DNA from: Candidatus Pacearchaeota archaeon
Lineage (GTDB): Archaea; Nanobdellota; Nanobdellia; Pacearchaeales; GW2011-AR1
Assembly: GCA_017608305.1 (NCBI GenBank)
Contig: JAFCGC010000001.1
Span: 38,744-102,743, forward strand
Reading direction: 5' to 3'
Length of the DNA: 64,000 nt
The position numbers were made by a program, and so were the translations under genes. Shown here in pieces: positions 31,009 to 40,912 of the stretch. The notes beneath the pieces are model-generated. The model was not told the origin of the DNA. It searched no databases and saw nothing but the letters and a program-made list of their open reading frames with translations. How positions within the stretch are numbered: position 1 is the stretch's first letter; each line of letters opens with the position of its first letter.

Positions 31009-32031
31009 CCCTAAAATCCCTTGGCTCCAAGCGACTCTATGAGTAACTCCTGTTCCTCCAAGAAGAAATTTATTGTCAAGATACCATTGATATGATCTAA
31101 TAAGAGCCTTAGAATTACTATATTTAGGTTTCCAACCCAGATTTTTCTTGATTTTATCTATTGAAACAAAAGAATCTTTTTCGGCAGTTCCATAAACCCA
31201 CTTATAAAGTGGGGAAATTTTGAGGATATCAAAAAATCTTAAGGCCAAAATAACAGGAGCTGCTGGAGTTCTCAGAACTTTTGCACCAGAATTAGCAAAA
31301 TTACATAGTGATGAAACATCTTCCAAAACTGTTCTAAACTCTTCTGCACCCACATTGAAAGTGTCGTTTGCTTTAGATTTAGGATTAGTTAATGTTAAAT
31401 GAATTGCATCAACCAAATCTTCGACTTCTAATAATTGGTACTTATTTTTTCCATTCCCTATTATAGGTATTTTTTTTCCATTTTCTACCCAATCATATAA
31501 AATCTGAAATACTCCTAATCTTGCAGTGCCAATAAAAGTTTTAGGCCGAATTATAGGCACACACAACCCTTTAGACCTATATTTTTCACATAATTTTTCA
31601 GATATTATTTTAGTCTCTCCATAGGGTCCTACCCCTATTCTTGGGTCTTCTTCATAAATAGGATGTTTTTTTGGAACACCATATACTGCTGTAGAGGAAA
31701 TAAACACAACTCTTTTTACTCTATTTTGAAGGGCAGATTCTAAGATATTTTTAGTTCCCCCCACATTAACCTCCCAAATTGTTTGTTTTTTATACAAAGG
31801 AAGAGCAGCGGCACCATGAATTATAAAATCTGGGTTTTCTTTTTTAATTAAATCATTTATTTTTTGTTTATTTCTCACATCTATTTTAAAATATTCTACA
31901 TTATCTGCATACTCTTCTTTATGAAATTCGTCTATGTCCATTACAATTATCTTCTTAAATTTAGGAGCGAGTTTCTTACAGATGTGATAGCCTAAAAATC
32001 CTGCGCCCCCAGTAACCACCAATTTTGTCAT
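30988..32031 (-). CDS. NAD-dependent nucleotide-sugar epimerase/dehydratase
   Basis: 'LVVTGGAGFLGYHI' and 'YGETK'. Confidence 0.65.
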   Translation of the reverse strand: MTKLVVTGGAGFLGYHICKKLAPKFKKIIVMDIDEFHKEEYADNVEYFKIDVRNKQKINDLIKKENPDFIIHGAAALPLYKKQTIWEVNVGGTKNILESALQNRVKRVVFISSTAVYGVPKKHPIYEEDPRIGVGPYGETKIISEKLCEKYRSKGLCVPIIRPKTFIGTARLGVFQILYDWVENGKKIPIIGNGKNKYQLLEVEDLVDAIHLTLTNPKSKANDTFNVGAEEFRTVLEDVSSLCNFANSGAKVLRTPAAPVILALRFFDILKISPLYKWVYGTAEKDSFVSIDKIKKNLGWKPKYSNSKALIRSYQWYLDNKFLLGGTGVTHRVAWSQGILGLFKKIL

Positions 32032-32081
32032 AAATAAAAACTTGAAGAAAGGTATTTAAAGATTATTCGTATGTTTCATAT

Positions 32082-32945
32082 ATGTTTGGTTTTAAGGATT
32101 TTTTAAGATTATTGAGGGTTGAACAATGGTATAAGAATATAATAATTTTTATTTCAATAATTTTTACATCTAATCTTTTTAATCAAAAAATGTTGTTTTT
32201 GACCCTACTTGGATTTATTTCTCTTTGTTTTATCTCTTCTTCATCATACATAATTAATGATATTTTAGATAGGGAAAAAGACAAAAACCACCCAGAAAAA
32301 AAGAATAGGCCAATAGCTTCTGGTAAAATAAAAAAATCTGGTGCAATAACTGTCTCTCTTTTACTATTTATTGCCTCAATATTAATAGCATGTAATCTGT
32401 CTTTTCTTTTTCTGTACTCTGTATTGGGGTTGTTTATTCTATCTCAAATTTATAGTCTTTATATAAGAAGTATTGCATTTTTAGACATAATTTTCATATC
32501 ATTTAATTTTATTATTAGGGCTATTTCAGGGGCATTTATAATTGAAAAAGGCTTTCCAATATCTTTTTGGGTAGTATTATGTACTTTTTTCTTGTCAATG
32601 TTTTTAGTTAGTTTGAAAAGATCCTTGGAAATTGATTTAAAAGATGCAAAAAAATATCGTCCTAGTTTTAAAGAGAGGGATAAAAAAACTTTAGAAATTT
32701 TATCTATTGTTGCTATTACTTGTGTTTTTATTTTCTTTTGTATATACAGTATTTTGTTTGAAAAACCCTATTTATTAATAAGCGTTCCAATTGCATTATA
32801 TATTATTTTAATGTTTTTTCAGGGTTTTTATAATTGTCCTGAAAAAATTAGAAATCCTGAAAAATTCATTTTCCAGAAAAAAATTATCACGGCAATTATA
32901 CTCTGGATTCTTACTATAATAATAGGATTCTACATTATTACCTAA
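32082..32945 (+). CDS. UbiA-family prenyltransferase (polyprenyl-phosphate sugar-phosphate transferase candidate)
   Basis: 'NDILDREKDKNHP' (NDxxDxxxD). 8-9 TM segments. Confidence 0.6.
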   Translation: MFGFKDFLRLLRVEQWYKNIIIFISIIFTSNLFNQKMLFLTLLGFISLCFISSSSYIINDILDREKDKNHPEKKNRPIASGKIKKSGAITVSLLLFIASILIACNLSFLFLYSVLGLFILSQIYSLYIRSIAFLDIIFISFNFIIRAISGAFIIEKGFPISFWVVLCTFFLSMFLVSLKRSLEIDLKDAKKYRPSFKERDKKTLEILSIVAITCVFIFFCIYSILFEKPYLLISVPIALYIILMFFQGFYNCPEKIRNPEKFIFQKKIITAIILWILTIIIGFYIIT

Positions 32946-33381
32946 ATAAGAAAGCAAGAATAAAAGAAACTATTCCCAACATGATTCCCCCAACAACATC
33001 AACCCAATCATGCTTTTTTAAATATATTCTAGAATAAATAACTAAAAAACTCAAAATCAAAATTAAGGATAAAATCCAAAGATTATTTAAAAAATTAAAA
33101 ACCAAGAAAATAAAAAGAAAGGTGGTTCTGGCTGTGTGAATACTTGGAAAAGAAGAAGCATCTATTTTTTCTATAAAATTGTTGTGTTTAATTTTTTTGG
33201 GACGAGGTTTAAAATAAAATAAACGTATCAATAAAGTAACTGCATAAATTATTACTAAACCAGCAACTAATTGGGTAAGAAAGATATATTCTTTATTAAA
33301 TAAGAAATAAAGAGAGAAAATAATGTAAAATAAAATTCCCCCTAAAAAAGTTAATTCCTCGAAAAATTTTTTTATGATCAT
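32938..33381 (-). CDS. PAP2-family phosphatase
   Basis: 'KPRPKK', 'SFPSIHTA' and 'SRIYLKKHDWVDVVGG' motifs. Confidence 0.6.
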   Translation of the reverse strand: MIIKKFFEELTFLGGILFYIIFSLYFLFNKEYIFLTQLVAGLVIIYAVTLLIRLFYFKPRPKKIKHNNFIEKIDASSFPSIHTARTTFLFIFLVFNFLNNLWILSLILILSFLVIYSRIYLKKHDWVDVVGGIMLGIVSFILAFLFR

Positions 33382-33382
33382 T

Positions 33383-34426
33383 TTAATCCTTGAAATAGAG
33401 TTTATAATTTGGGTGATCTTTTAATCTTACTGGAACTTGTTTCACTTTGCTCAAAGGATTTAACCATTTTTCTCTAAATTCCTTATTAAATGTGTGCTTA
33501 CAAATTGATTTTTCCCTTATTAAAGGATGTTGAATAAATCTTTTATAGATTTCTTTTAGAGGTTCTTCTAAAATATTTCCAAAACTTATTTGACAAAAAG
33601 TACATTGCATAACATCTCCATAACAAGTAATATAGAGTTTTTCTATTCCTCCAGGACATAAATTAGGTCCTCTATAATTGTAAGAAGTATCACTCCTTGC
33701 AAGCGGATGTTTTTGTAAAAAACCATAATAATAATTCTTAAATTCAGTTAATCGAAGCTCTGCTTTTCCTGTAAGTTTCCCTGTTGGAGCAGCTAAATTT
33801 AGTAAAGTAAAAAGATTGTATTTTTCACACCACCTAGTTAATTCTTCTATATCTTCTTTGTTGTAGGTCCCAAAACAAGTATTGATACAAACATTTAGCC
33901 CTTCTTCTTGAGCAATAGGTATTAAAGATTTTATTTTTTCCAAATTTCCAGGATCTTTCACAATCTTATCATGAATTTTAGGATTTAAGGATTGCAAATT
34001 AAAAAGAACTGAGTTTAATCCTGCTTTTCTTAATTCTCTTAACCATTTTCTATCAAGCAGTTTTGCATTTGTTGCAATTGAAACTATTCTGTCTTTTTCT
34101 TTAGTTATATGAGCGATTAATTTTTTCAAAAAATCTAGGCCTTTAAGGGTGGGTTCTCCCCCAGTTAAATCAAAATGTGTACATCCAAGACCCTTTAGCT
34201 GATCAACAGCATCACACCATTGATTAAGAGACATTTCCTGTTTTTTTTGAAGAAGGAAGTTGCTAGAACACATCTCACAATTATGATTGCACACAAAAGT
34301 CAAAGCTAGTTGACAATTTCTTACCCTATTTTGACCTAATTTTGCCTTGATAACTCCTTCTGCTAACCTAAATGTGGCTTTTGGAGTTTTAGTCAAAAAT
34401 CTCATGTGTTTTAATAAAGAGGTCAT
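33383..34426 (-). CDS. Radical SAM/SPASM domain protein
   Basis: 'FVCNHNCEMCSS'. C-terminal 'CPGG...CYGDVMQCTFCQ'. Confidence 0.7.
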   Translation of the reverse strand: MTSLLKHMRFLTKTPKATFRLAEGVIKAKLGQNRVRNCQLALTFVCNHNCEMCSSNFLLQKKQEMSLNQWCDAVDQLKGLGCTHFDLTGGEPTLKGLDFLKKLIAHITKEKDRIVSIATNAKLLDRKWLRELRKAGLNSVLFNLQSLNPKIHDKIVKDPGNLEKIKSLIPIAQEEGLNVCINTCFGTYNKEDIEELTRWCEKYNLFTLLNLAAPTGKLTGKAELRLTEFKNYYYGFLQKHPLARSDTSYNYRGPNLCPGGIEKLYITCYGDVMQCTFCQISFGNILEEPLKEIYKRFIQHPLIREKSICKHTFNKEFREKWLNPLSKVKQVPVRLKDHPNYKLYFKD

Positions 34427-34538
34427 TTTCTTAGTAGATATTGCAAAAAGAAAAACCTTTGGTCTATAAAAAGATTATTATTATAGATAGTTATTTTAAA
34501 TACAAATCTTTTTAAAATTAGGAAAAGAATTCAGAATA

Positions 34539-35885
34539 ATGGAGAAAAAAGATAAGATAATCTTAATTCTTTTTGCACTCGGATTGATTTTGTTTGCAAT
34601 ATTTACTACAAAAATAGGTTTTCATGATTCTTATGAATATATCACTATTGCAAAAAATTTTGCAGGAATAGAAAATGTAAATCTTTTTAGCGGGCATTCC
34701 CTAATGTACCCTCTTATTATATCTATATTTCTAAAAATATGGCCCAGTTTTATAATGGTAAAATTTGTTAATGTTTTATGGGTTTTTCTTATTGCAGCCA
34801 TACTCTTATTTTGGTTAAAAAATAAAAAAGCTTTTCTTCTTTTTGTTTTTTCCCCTTTAACATGGTATGTTGGAGTTCAAACAACCCCTATTCTTCCTGC
34901 AAGTTTTTTCTTTTTACTTGCTTTTTTATTTTTTTATAAAAAAGATATCAGATTTAATCTAATTTATTCTGGAATTTTTTTCGGGCTGGCTTGTGCATTT
35001 TATACTCCTATGATTTTGGTTGCAGGAATTTTCATTTTAGTTTATTTTTGGAAAAAGCCTTTAGTTGAGATAATAAAATACTCTTTAGCATTATTTGTAG
35101 GATTTATTCCTAGACTTCTTCAAGACTATTATCTGTTTAAAATGCCAATATATTCTTTAATAAGATATTTTGGATCTAATTTTATTATTAGTTTTGGGCT
35201 ACATCCTAGTACTCCTGAAGTATTATTTCTATCTAATTTAGGGATTTTTCTTATTGTTTTGCTTATTTCACCATTTTTATTTAAAATTTACAAAATGGGT
35301 TTTCATAAAGATAAAGCACTAGTTATTTTCTTGGTTATAAGCGGGTTACTTTTTCTCTTGAAAACAGCAAAATTAAAGTATTTCCTAATTCTTTCACCAA
35401 TAATCTTAATCATACTGAGTAGTAGATTAAGTGAAAAACAAATAAAATGGCATTGTATTTTATCTGTTTTTTTAGTAATTTTTATGTGTTGGAATTTTTT
35501 TATTGTTGGGGAAGATAGAATTATAAGAAAAGATATTAACAATATCATTCAAGAATATGATGTTGATTATATTGTGGTTGGACCTTATGAAGCGCTTAAA
35601 TTTGGGGTTTCTTCTTGGCAAAATCAACCTTATTTTGTGTGGTGGCAAGATTTTACGACTAGTTTAAAAAATGAGACCAGAATAAGAGGGTATGATTTTA
35701 AATTTGATTCTAAAATTCCTCTGAAAGATAAATTAGAGATTAGTGCTTCATTCAATAGATTTGAAGAAAAATCTTATGAAAATTATATTCTAGTAACAAA
35801 ACAAGAATTTCCAGAACTTTCTGAATTTAGATTAGATAAATGTTATGAGAAACTATGTGTATATCAAAAAAATGAAAACAATTAG
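34539..35885 (+). CDS. Polytopic membrane protein, probable GT-C-type glycosyltransferase
   Basis: More than 10 TM segments in the first 320 aa, followed by a soluble C-terminal region. Confidence 0.35.
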   Translation: MEKKDKIILILFALGLILFAIFTTKIGFHDSYEYITIAKNFAGIENVNLFSGHSLMYPLIISIFLKIWPSFIMVKFVNVLWVFLIAAILLFWLKNKKAFLLFVFSPLTWYVGVQTTPILPASFFFLLAFLFFYKKDIRFNLIYSGIFFGLACAFYTPMILVAGIFILVYFWKKPLVEIIKYSLALFVGFIPRLLQDYYLFKMPIYSLIRYFGSNFIISFGLHPSTPEVLFLSNLGIFLIVLLISPFLFKIYKMGFHKDKALVIFLVISGLLFLLKTAKLKYFLILSPIILIILSSRLSEKQIKWHCILSVFLVIFMCWNFFIVGEDRIIRKDINNIIQEYDVDYIVVGPYEALKFGVSSWQNQPYFVWWQDFTTSLKNETRIRGYDFKFDSKIPLKDKLEISASFNRFEEKSYENYILVTKQEFPELSEFRLDKCYEKLCVYQKNENN

Positions 35886-36570
35886 TAGAGTAAAACAAAA
35901 AGGAGAAATTGTCAAAAAAATATATGAAAATAGGTTTTCTAAAACAATTTTATTTAGAAATGAAATTTATAAAATTCTTTGTGATAATTTTTTTCAAAAA
36001 TATGTTCCTAGGAATTCTGTTGTTTTAGATGTTGGGGCAGGATATTGTGAATTCATAAATAACATAAAAGCTAAGACAAAAATTGCTTTAGATTTAAATC
36101 CTGATGTTAAAAAATTTGCAAGAGAAGGGGTAACCCCTATTATTTCTAGTTGTACAAGTATGAAAAAAATAAAAAGTAATAGTGTTGGGGTTATATTTGT
36201 GAATAATCTTTTTGAACATTTAACAAAACAAGAAATTGTTAAAACAATTAAAGAAATCTATAGGGTTTTGGGAAATAAAGGAAGATTATTGGTTCTTCAA
36301 CCCAATATAAGATATTGTTATAAAGATTATTGGATGTTCTTTGACCATATAACTCCTATAGATGATAGGGGTTTGTGTGAAGTTTTAAGGACTAATAATT
36401 TTAAAATAGTAAGATGCAAACCAAAATTTCTTCCATATACAACAAAAAGTAGATTATCAAATCTTCCTAGTTTTTTTTTAAAATTATATCTTAAAGTCCC
36501 TATTTTATCGGGGATTATGCAAAAAATTTTAGGAAAACAAGCTTTTATTTTTGCCATAAAAGATATCTAA
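35845..36570 (+). CDS. Class I SAM-dependent methyltransferase
   Basis: 'VLDVGAGYCEF'. Confidence 0.55.
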   Translation: MRNYVYIKKMKTISRVKQKGEIVKKIYENRFSKTILFRNEIYKILCDNFFQKYVPRNSVVLDVGAGYCEFINNIKAKTKIALDLNPDVKKFAREGVTPIISSCTSMKKIKSNSVGVIFVNNLFEHLTKQEIVKTIKEIYRVLGNKGRLLVLQPNIRYCYKDYWMFFDHITPIDDRGLCEVLRTNNFKIVRCKPKFLPYTTKSRLSNLPSFFLKLYLKVPILSGIMQKILGKQAFIFAIKDI

Positions 36571-36571
36571 A

Positions 36572-37465
36572 CTATCCTATGCTTTTAAAACGCAAATTTT
36601 CTTTATTAAAATCTTGGTTGTCTGATGTTGCTCCTGCAATATTTAACCAATTTTTATCTGATCTAACTCTCTCATTTGATCTCCACATTTCTTCAAGAAG
36701 ATAAGGCCTATACATGTTTTCTCTAGCTAAATAAATTAATGCGTTTAAATCTTTTGGGAGACATTTACCTCCAAACCCAAAATCTCCATCAGGCCCTGGA
36801 ACTCGTAAATGAGTACCTATTCTTTTATCTAATTCTACCACTTTTTTCACTATTTGATAATCTACCCCTACATATTTACAAACTTGATACAATTCATTTG
36901 CCAAAGAAACTTGTCCTACTAAGAAAACATTGTTACAATATTTTATCATTTCTGCGGTTTTTCTGTCTACATTAATATATCTTGCATAAGGAAAAATAGG
37001 AAAATAAACTTGCTGAACTTTTTGAAAATCTTCTAGAGTAGAAGTTCCTATAACAACATAATCTGTATTTTCCATGTCTTGTACAGCGTTTTCTTCTGTT
37101 AAAAATTCAGGATTAAAGGCAATACGGAACTTAAATTTTTCAGTCAGTTTATCTGTTGTTCCTGAAACTGCTGTTGAACGAATAACAATCAGAATATCTT
37201 GAGGATTTCTCCCACATTTCTCTACGGCTTGGGTAAGCTGTTCCATTGAATTATGAACTGGAGAATAATCTATTTCTCCACTTGGTTTCATTGGAGTTGG
37301 GACACAAAGAAAAATAATTTCAGAATTTTCAGCTAAAAATCTAAGATTCTCTTCTGTATTGTAAGGTTCTTTATATTTATCATAAGGAAAAACTTCATGT
37401 GCTCTTTCAATAATTTGCTTAGTTGCCCCTCCTACAACACCTACCCCAATAAATCCTATTTTCAT
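36572..37465 (-). CDS. Nucleotide-sugar (UDP-glucose/GDP-mannose-type) dehydrogenase, unusually short (297 aa)
   Basis: 'MKIGFIGVGVVGG'. Catalytic Cys loop 'GFGGKCLPKD'. No obvious C-terminal UDP-binding domain. Confidence 0.55.
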   Translation of the reverse strand: MKIGFIGVGVVGGATKQIIERAHEVFPYDKYKEPYNTEENLRFLAENSEIIFLCVPTPMKPSGEIDYSPVHNSMEQLTQAVEKCGRNPQDILIVIRSTAVSGTTDKLTEKFKFRIAFNPEFLTEENAVQDMENTDYVVIGTSTLEDFQKVQQVYFPIFPYARYINVDRKTAEMIKYCNNVFLVGQVSLANELYQVCKYVGVDYQIVKKVVELDKRIGTHLRVPGPDGDFGFGGKCLPKDLNALIYLARENMYRPYLLEEMWRSNERVRSDKNWLNIAGATSDNQDFNKENLRFKSIG

Positions 37466-37479
37466 TTTATTTCTAAATT

Positions 37480-38439
37480 TTATTCTTCTTGAATTTTTCT
37501 TTGAAAAAAATCTGCATTTTCTTTTAATCCTTCAAGAAAATCTATTTTAGGCCTCCACCCTAATTCTTTTTTAATTTTTTTTGAATCTGCTACCAGAATA
37601 GAAGGGTCTCCAAGTCTTCTTTCTGATTCAACAACCTTAAAATCTCTTTTAGTTACTTTTTTAACTGCATCAATTACTTGTTTAACAGAAACTCCTTTTC
37701 CTGTACCCACATTATATATTTTTGATTCTTGATCTAAGTCTTGTAATGCTAAAATGTGAGCATCTGCTAAATCCTGAACATGAACATAATCTCTAATACA
37801 AGTTTTGTCTGGGGTTTTATAATCTGTTCCAAAAATATTTATCTGAGATCTTTTACCGAGTGCTGCTAGCAATACTAAAGGGACTAAATGTGTCTCTGGA
37901 TCGTGTCTTTCTCCTAAATCCCCCATACTTCCAGTAGCATTAAAATATCTCAAAGAGGTAGACTTTATCTCATAAAGAGAATCATACCATTGTAATATTT
38001 GTTCAAACATGAGTTTTGTTTCTCCGTAAAAATTAGCAGGTTTTCTTGTATCTTCTTCTTTAAGGGGCCTGTTTTTTGGAGCATATACTGCTGCTGATGA
38101 AGAATAAATTATTTTCTTCACATTATTTTTTAACATTGTGTCAAGAAGTCTCAATCCATTGATTACATTATTTCCAAAAAATTTAGGAGGATTTTGCATT
38201 GATTCTCCTGCTTCTATAAATCCTGCAAAATGCACAACTGCTTCTGGATTAAATTTTTTAAAGGTTTGATCAAGAAGTTCTTTATTACTTAAACATCCTT
38301 GAACAAAATGAGTATTAACAGACTTCCTGTGACCTTTTATTAAACTATCATAAACTAAAACCTTGTGCCCTTCTTCAATTAATTTTCTTGTTGCTACACT
38401 ACCAATATAGCCCGCACCTCCTGTAATTAGAACTCTCAT
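37480..38439 (-). CDS. galE: UDP-glucose 4-epimerase
   Basis: 'MRVLITGGAGYIGS', 'YGETK' and a GalE-like C-terminus. Confidence 0.75.
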   Translation of the reverse strand: MRVLITGGAGYIGSVATRKLIEEGHKVLVYDSLIKGHRKSVNTHFVQGCLSNKELLDQTFKKFNPEAVVHFAGFIEAGESMQNPPKFFGNNVINGLRLLDTMLKNNVKKIIYSSSAAVYAPKNRPLKEEDTRKPANFYGETKLMFEQILQWYDSLYEIKSTSLRYFNATGSMGDLGERHDPETHLVPLVLLAALGKRSQINIFGTDYKTPDKTCIRDYVHVQDLADAHILALQDLDQESKIYNVGTGKGVSVKQVIDAVKKVTKRDFKVVESERRLGDPSILVADSKKIKKELGWRPKIDFLEGLKENADFFQRKIQEE

Positions 38440-38552
38440 TTTTAAAAAGAATTGTAAAAACTTTTAAAAGTATTTATGTATCAGAAATATGTTTTTCAAA
38501 TATAGCTTTCTATTAACTAATTGTTTAAAAGATTGAAAATAAAAGAACTATT

Positions 38553-39392
38553 ATGAATATTTTCATAACAGGAAATAAAGGGTTGATTGGTGATGCCTTA
38601 GAAAAAAGATTGGTTAAAGAAGGTCATAAAATTGTAGGAAGTATTGATCATAGATCTGGTTCTGATCTTTCTTGGTTAAAATATTTAAAAGTTGATACTC
38701 CAATAGATATGTTTGTGCATACTGCAGCACATGTTAAGATAAATCAAATGGTGGGTTTTCCTCCAAATGCACATATTAATAATTCAGACGGAACTTTTTA
38801 TGCAATAGATTTTTGTAGAAAACACAATATTCCAAAATTTGTATTTTTTTCTTCTTCAAGAGTCTTAAGTAAAGAAAAAAATGCTTATACTGCTTCTAAA
38901 CTTTATGGTGAAGAATTATGTAAGGGATTTTGTGATTCTTATGGAATGGACTATATTATTATTAGGCCTTCAACAGTCTATGGTGGTTTTTGGGATTTAA
39001 GCAATAGGCTTGTCCATATTTATATAAATGCTGCATTAAAAAATGAAGAATTAAAAATTTTTGGAGATCCTGAAACTAAAACTCTTGATTTTACTTATCT
39101 TGATGATTTTATTGATGGAACAATGTTAGCAATAAATCATCCAGAATGGAATAAAGAATATAATATAAGTGGGGGGGAAGAACTTAAAGTTCAAGAATTA
39201 GCAGAATATATCAAAGAATTAACCCAAAGTGAGAGTAATATTAAAGCATACCCTCAGGAAACAGCACAACCTCAAAAAGTAAGATTAGATTTATCTGAAA
39301 TAAAAAAATTAGGATATAATCCTAAAATTAAAATTCATGAAGGAATAAGAAGAACAGTTGATTGGTATAAAACTTATTTAGGGAAAAATTAA
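38553..39392 (+). CDS. NAD-dependent epimerase/dehydratase family protein
   Basis: 'IFITGNKGLIGDAL' and 'YTASKLYGE'. Confidence 0.55.
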   Translation: MNIFITGNKGLIGDALEKRLVKEGHKIVGSIDHRSGSDLSWLKYLKVDTPIDMFVHTAAHVKINQMVGFPPNAHINNSDGTFYAIDFCRKHNIPKFVFFSSSRVLSKEKNAYTASKLYGEELCKGFCDSYGMDYIIIRPSTVYGGFWDLSNRLVHIYINAALKNEELKIFGDPETKTLDFTYLDDFIDGTMLAINHPEWNKEYNISGGEELKVQELAEYIKELTQSESNIKAYPQETAQPQKVRLDLSEIKKLGYNPKIKIHEGIRRTVDWYKTYLGKN

Positions 39393-40912
39393 TCTTGTTC
39401 TATTTTCTTTACCATGTCTGTGAAAGCAGGCCTTGTTATTAAAACTCCTGTTGTTATTCCTATTATTGTGGTGACTGCAAATCCTTTTAATAATCCTGCT
39501 CCTGCCCATAACAAAGGAATTAATGCTACTACTGCGGTAAAATAAGCTCCTAAAATAATTGAAAAAGCTCTTTTTAATTTTTGCTTTAAACTTAAAAATG
39601 CACTTTGTTTTGCTTCATCTAAGATAATTATTTGTTGGTCTATTCCTGTACCTATTGTTGCTAAAATTCCTGCAATGCTTGGAAGATCAAGATTCCACTC
39701 GATAAGAGACGCTATTCCTAAAATAATTACTATTTCTGAAATGCTGGTAAATAATAATGCAATTGAAGATTTGAATTTTTTATATCTAAAGAAGATAATA
39801 ATTGATACTGCTACAAGAGCTACTAGGCCTGCTAATAAAATAGTTTTAATAAATTCCTTTCCAAGGATTGGGGAGATTGTGTCTAGTTTGACTATTTCTA
39901 ATTTATATGGTAAACTCCCTGTAATCAAAATTGTTTGTAATTTATGCATTGCTTGTTGGGCATCATCTATTGCTTGGTCTTGGGTTTGGCCTGAGCCTGA
40001 GCCTGAGATTTGAATTTGGGTTGTTACTCTTCCTTTAAGATCTTTTGAAATAAAAAGACTATCAACTAAATTGTCATCTAAATAAAGATCTAATTTTTCA
40101 GATAAATATTCAGGATTATCTAGAGCTACTTCTAAATTATCTGTTATGTCTGCATGTTTTTGTGCTGCTTCACCACTTAGAGTAATAGTAAACATAAAAC
40201 GTGAAGCATATCCTGCTTCAATTTGTTGAGGAACTTCTATTCTAGCACAAGTTGCATCATTTCTACAAACAGATGCTATATCTCTATCTCCTCCAATAAA
40301 AACAGTATCATTTCCTATTTTTGCTTCAAATTTTCCTTGTTTAGAAATTAGGTCTTGTAAATCTTTAGGTGTTGCTCCTGCAATTTCAATCAACATAAAA
40401 TGGTTCCCAGATAAATCTGAAACAGAACGCACATTCATGTCTGCAATCCCATAGACATTTAATCTATTACTAATAACATCTACAAGATCATTTATTTCTG
40501 TTGAAGAAAGTTTTTTACCTTCAGCTTGGACCAATGCCCTAGAACCTCCTGCTAAATCTAATCCTGTTTTGATATTTGTTTTGGGGATCTCTGAAACAGT
40601 TATTTCAGGTGTTTTATTAGAAAAGAATATTATTTCAGAATTTTCAGTTGTAAAGACTGTTTTGATGTTTTCATCAGAATCAGATTTTCCTTGCATAGAA
40701 GCAGAAAAATCTTCAATACTAGTAATTTGTTTTCCATCTACACCCATAATTATTTGGCCTTGTCTTAATCCTTGTTCAAAAGCAGTTGAATTTGCTTCAA
40801 CACTTGTTATTAATACTCCTTTTTCAAAAGAAGGAATTCCAAATATAGATAATAAAGAAAGTGCAAGTACAACTATTAAAATCCATATTCTCCAAGTTAG
40901 TTTAAGTGCCAT
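39389..40912 (-). CDS. secD: Protein-export membrane protein SecD
   Basis: N-terminal TM, a large periplasmic domain and a 6-TM C-terminus. Downstream of secF. Confidence 0.7.
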   Translation of the reverse strand: MALKLTWRIWILIVVLALSLLSIFGIPSFEKGVLITSVEANSTAFEQGLRQGQIIMGVDGKQITSIEDFSASMQGKSDSDENIKTVFTTENSEIIFFSNKTPEITVSEIPKTNIKTGLDLAGGSRALVQAEGKKLSSTEINDLVDVISNRLNVYGIADMNVRSVSDLSGNHFMLIEIAGATPKDLQDLISKQGKFEAKIGNDTVFIGGDRDIASVCRNDATCARIEVPQQIEAGYASRFMFTITLSGEAAQKHADITDNLEVALDNPEYLSEKLDLYLDDNLVDSLFISKDLKGRVTTQIQISGSGSGQTQDQAIDDAQQAMHKLQTILITGSLPYKLEIVKLDTISPILGKEFIKTILLAGLVALVAVSIIIFFRYKKFKSSIALLFTSISEIVIILGIASLIEWNLDLPSIAGILATIGTGIDQQIIILDEAKQSAFLSLKQKLKRAFSIILGAYFTAVVALIPLLWAGAGLLKGFAVTTIIGITTGVLITRPAFTDMVKKIEQD

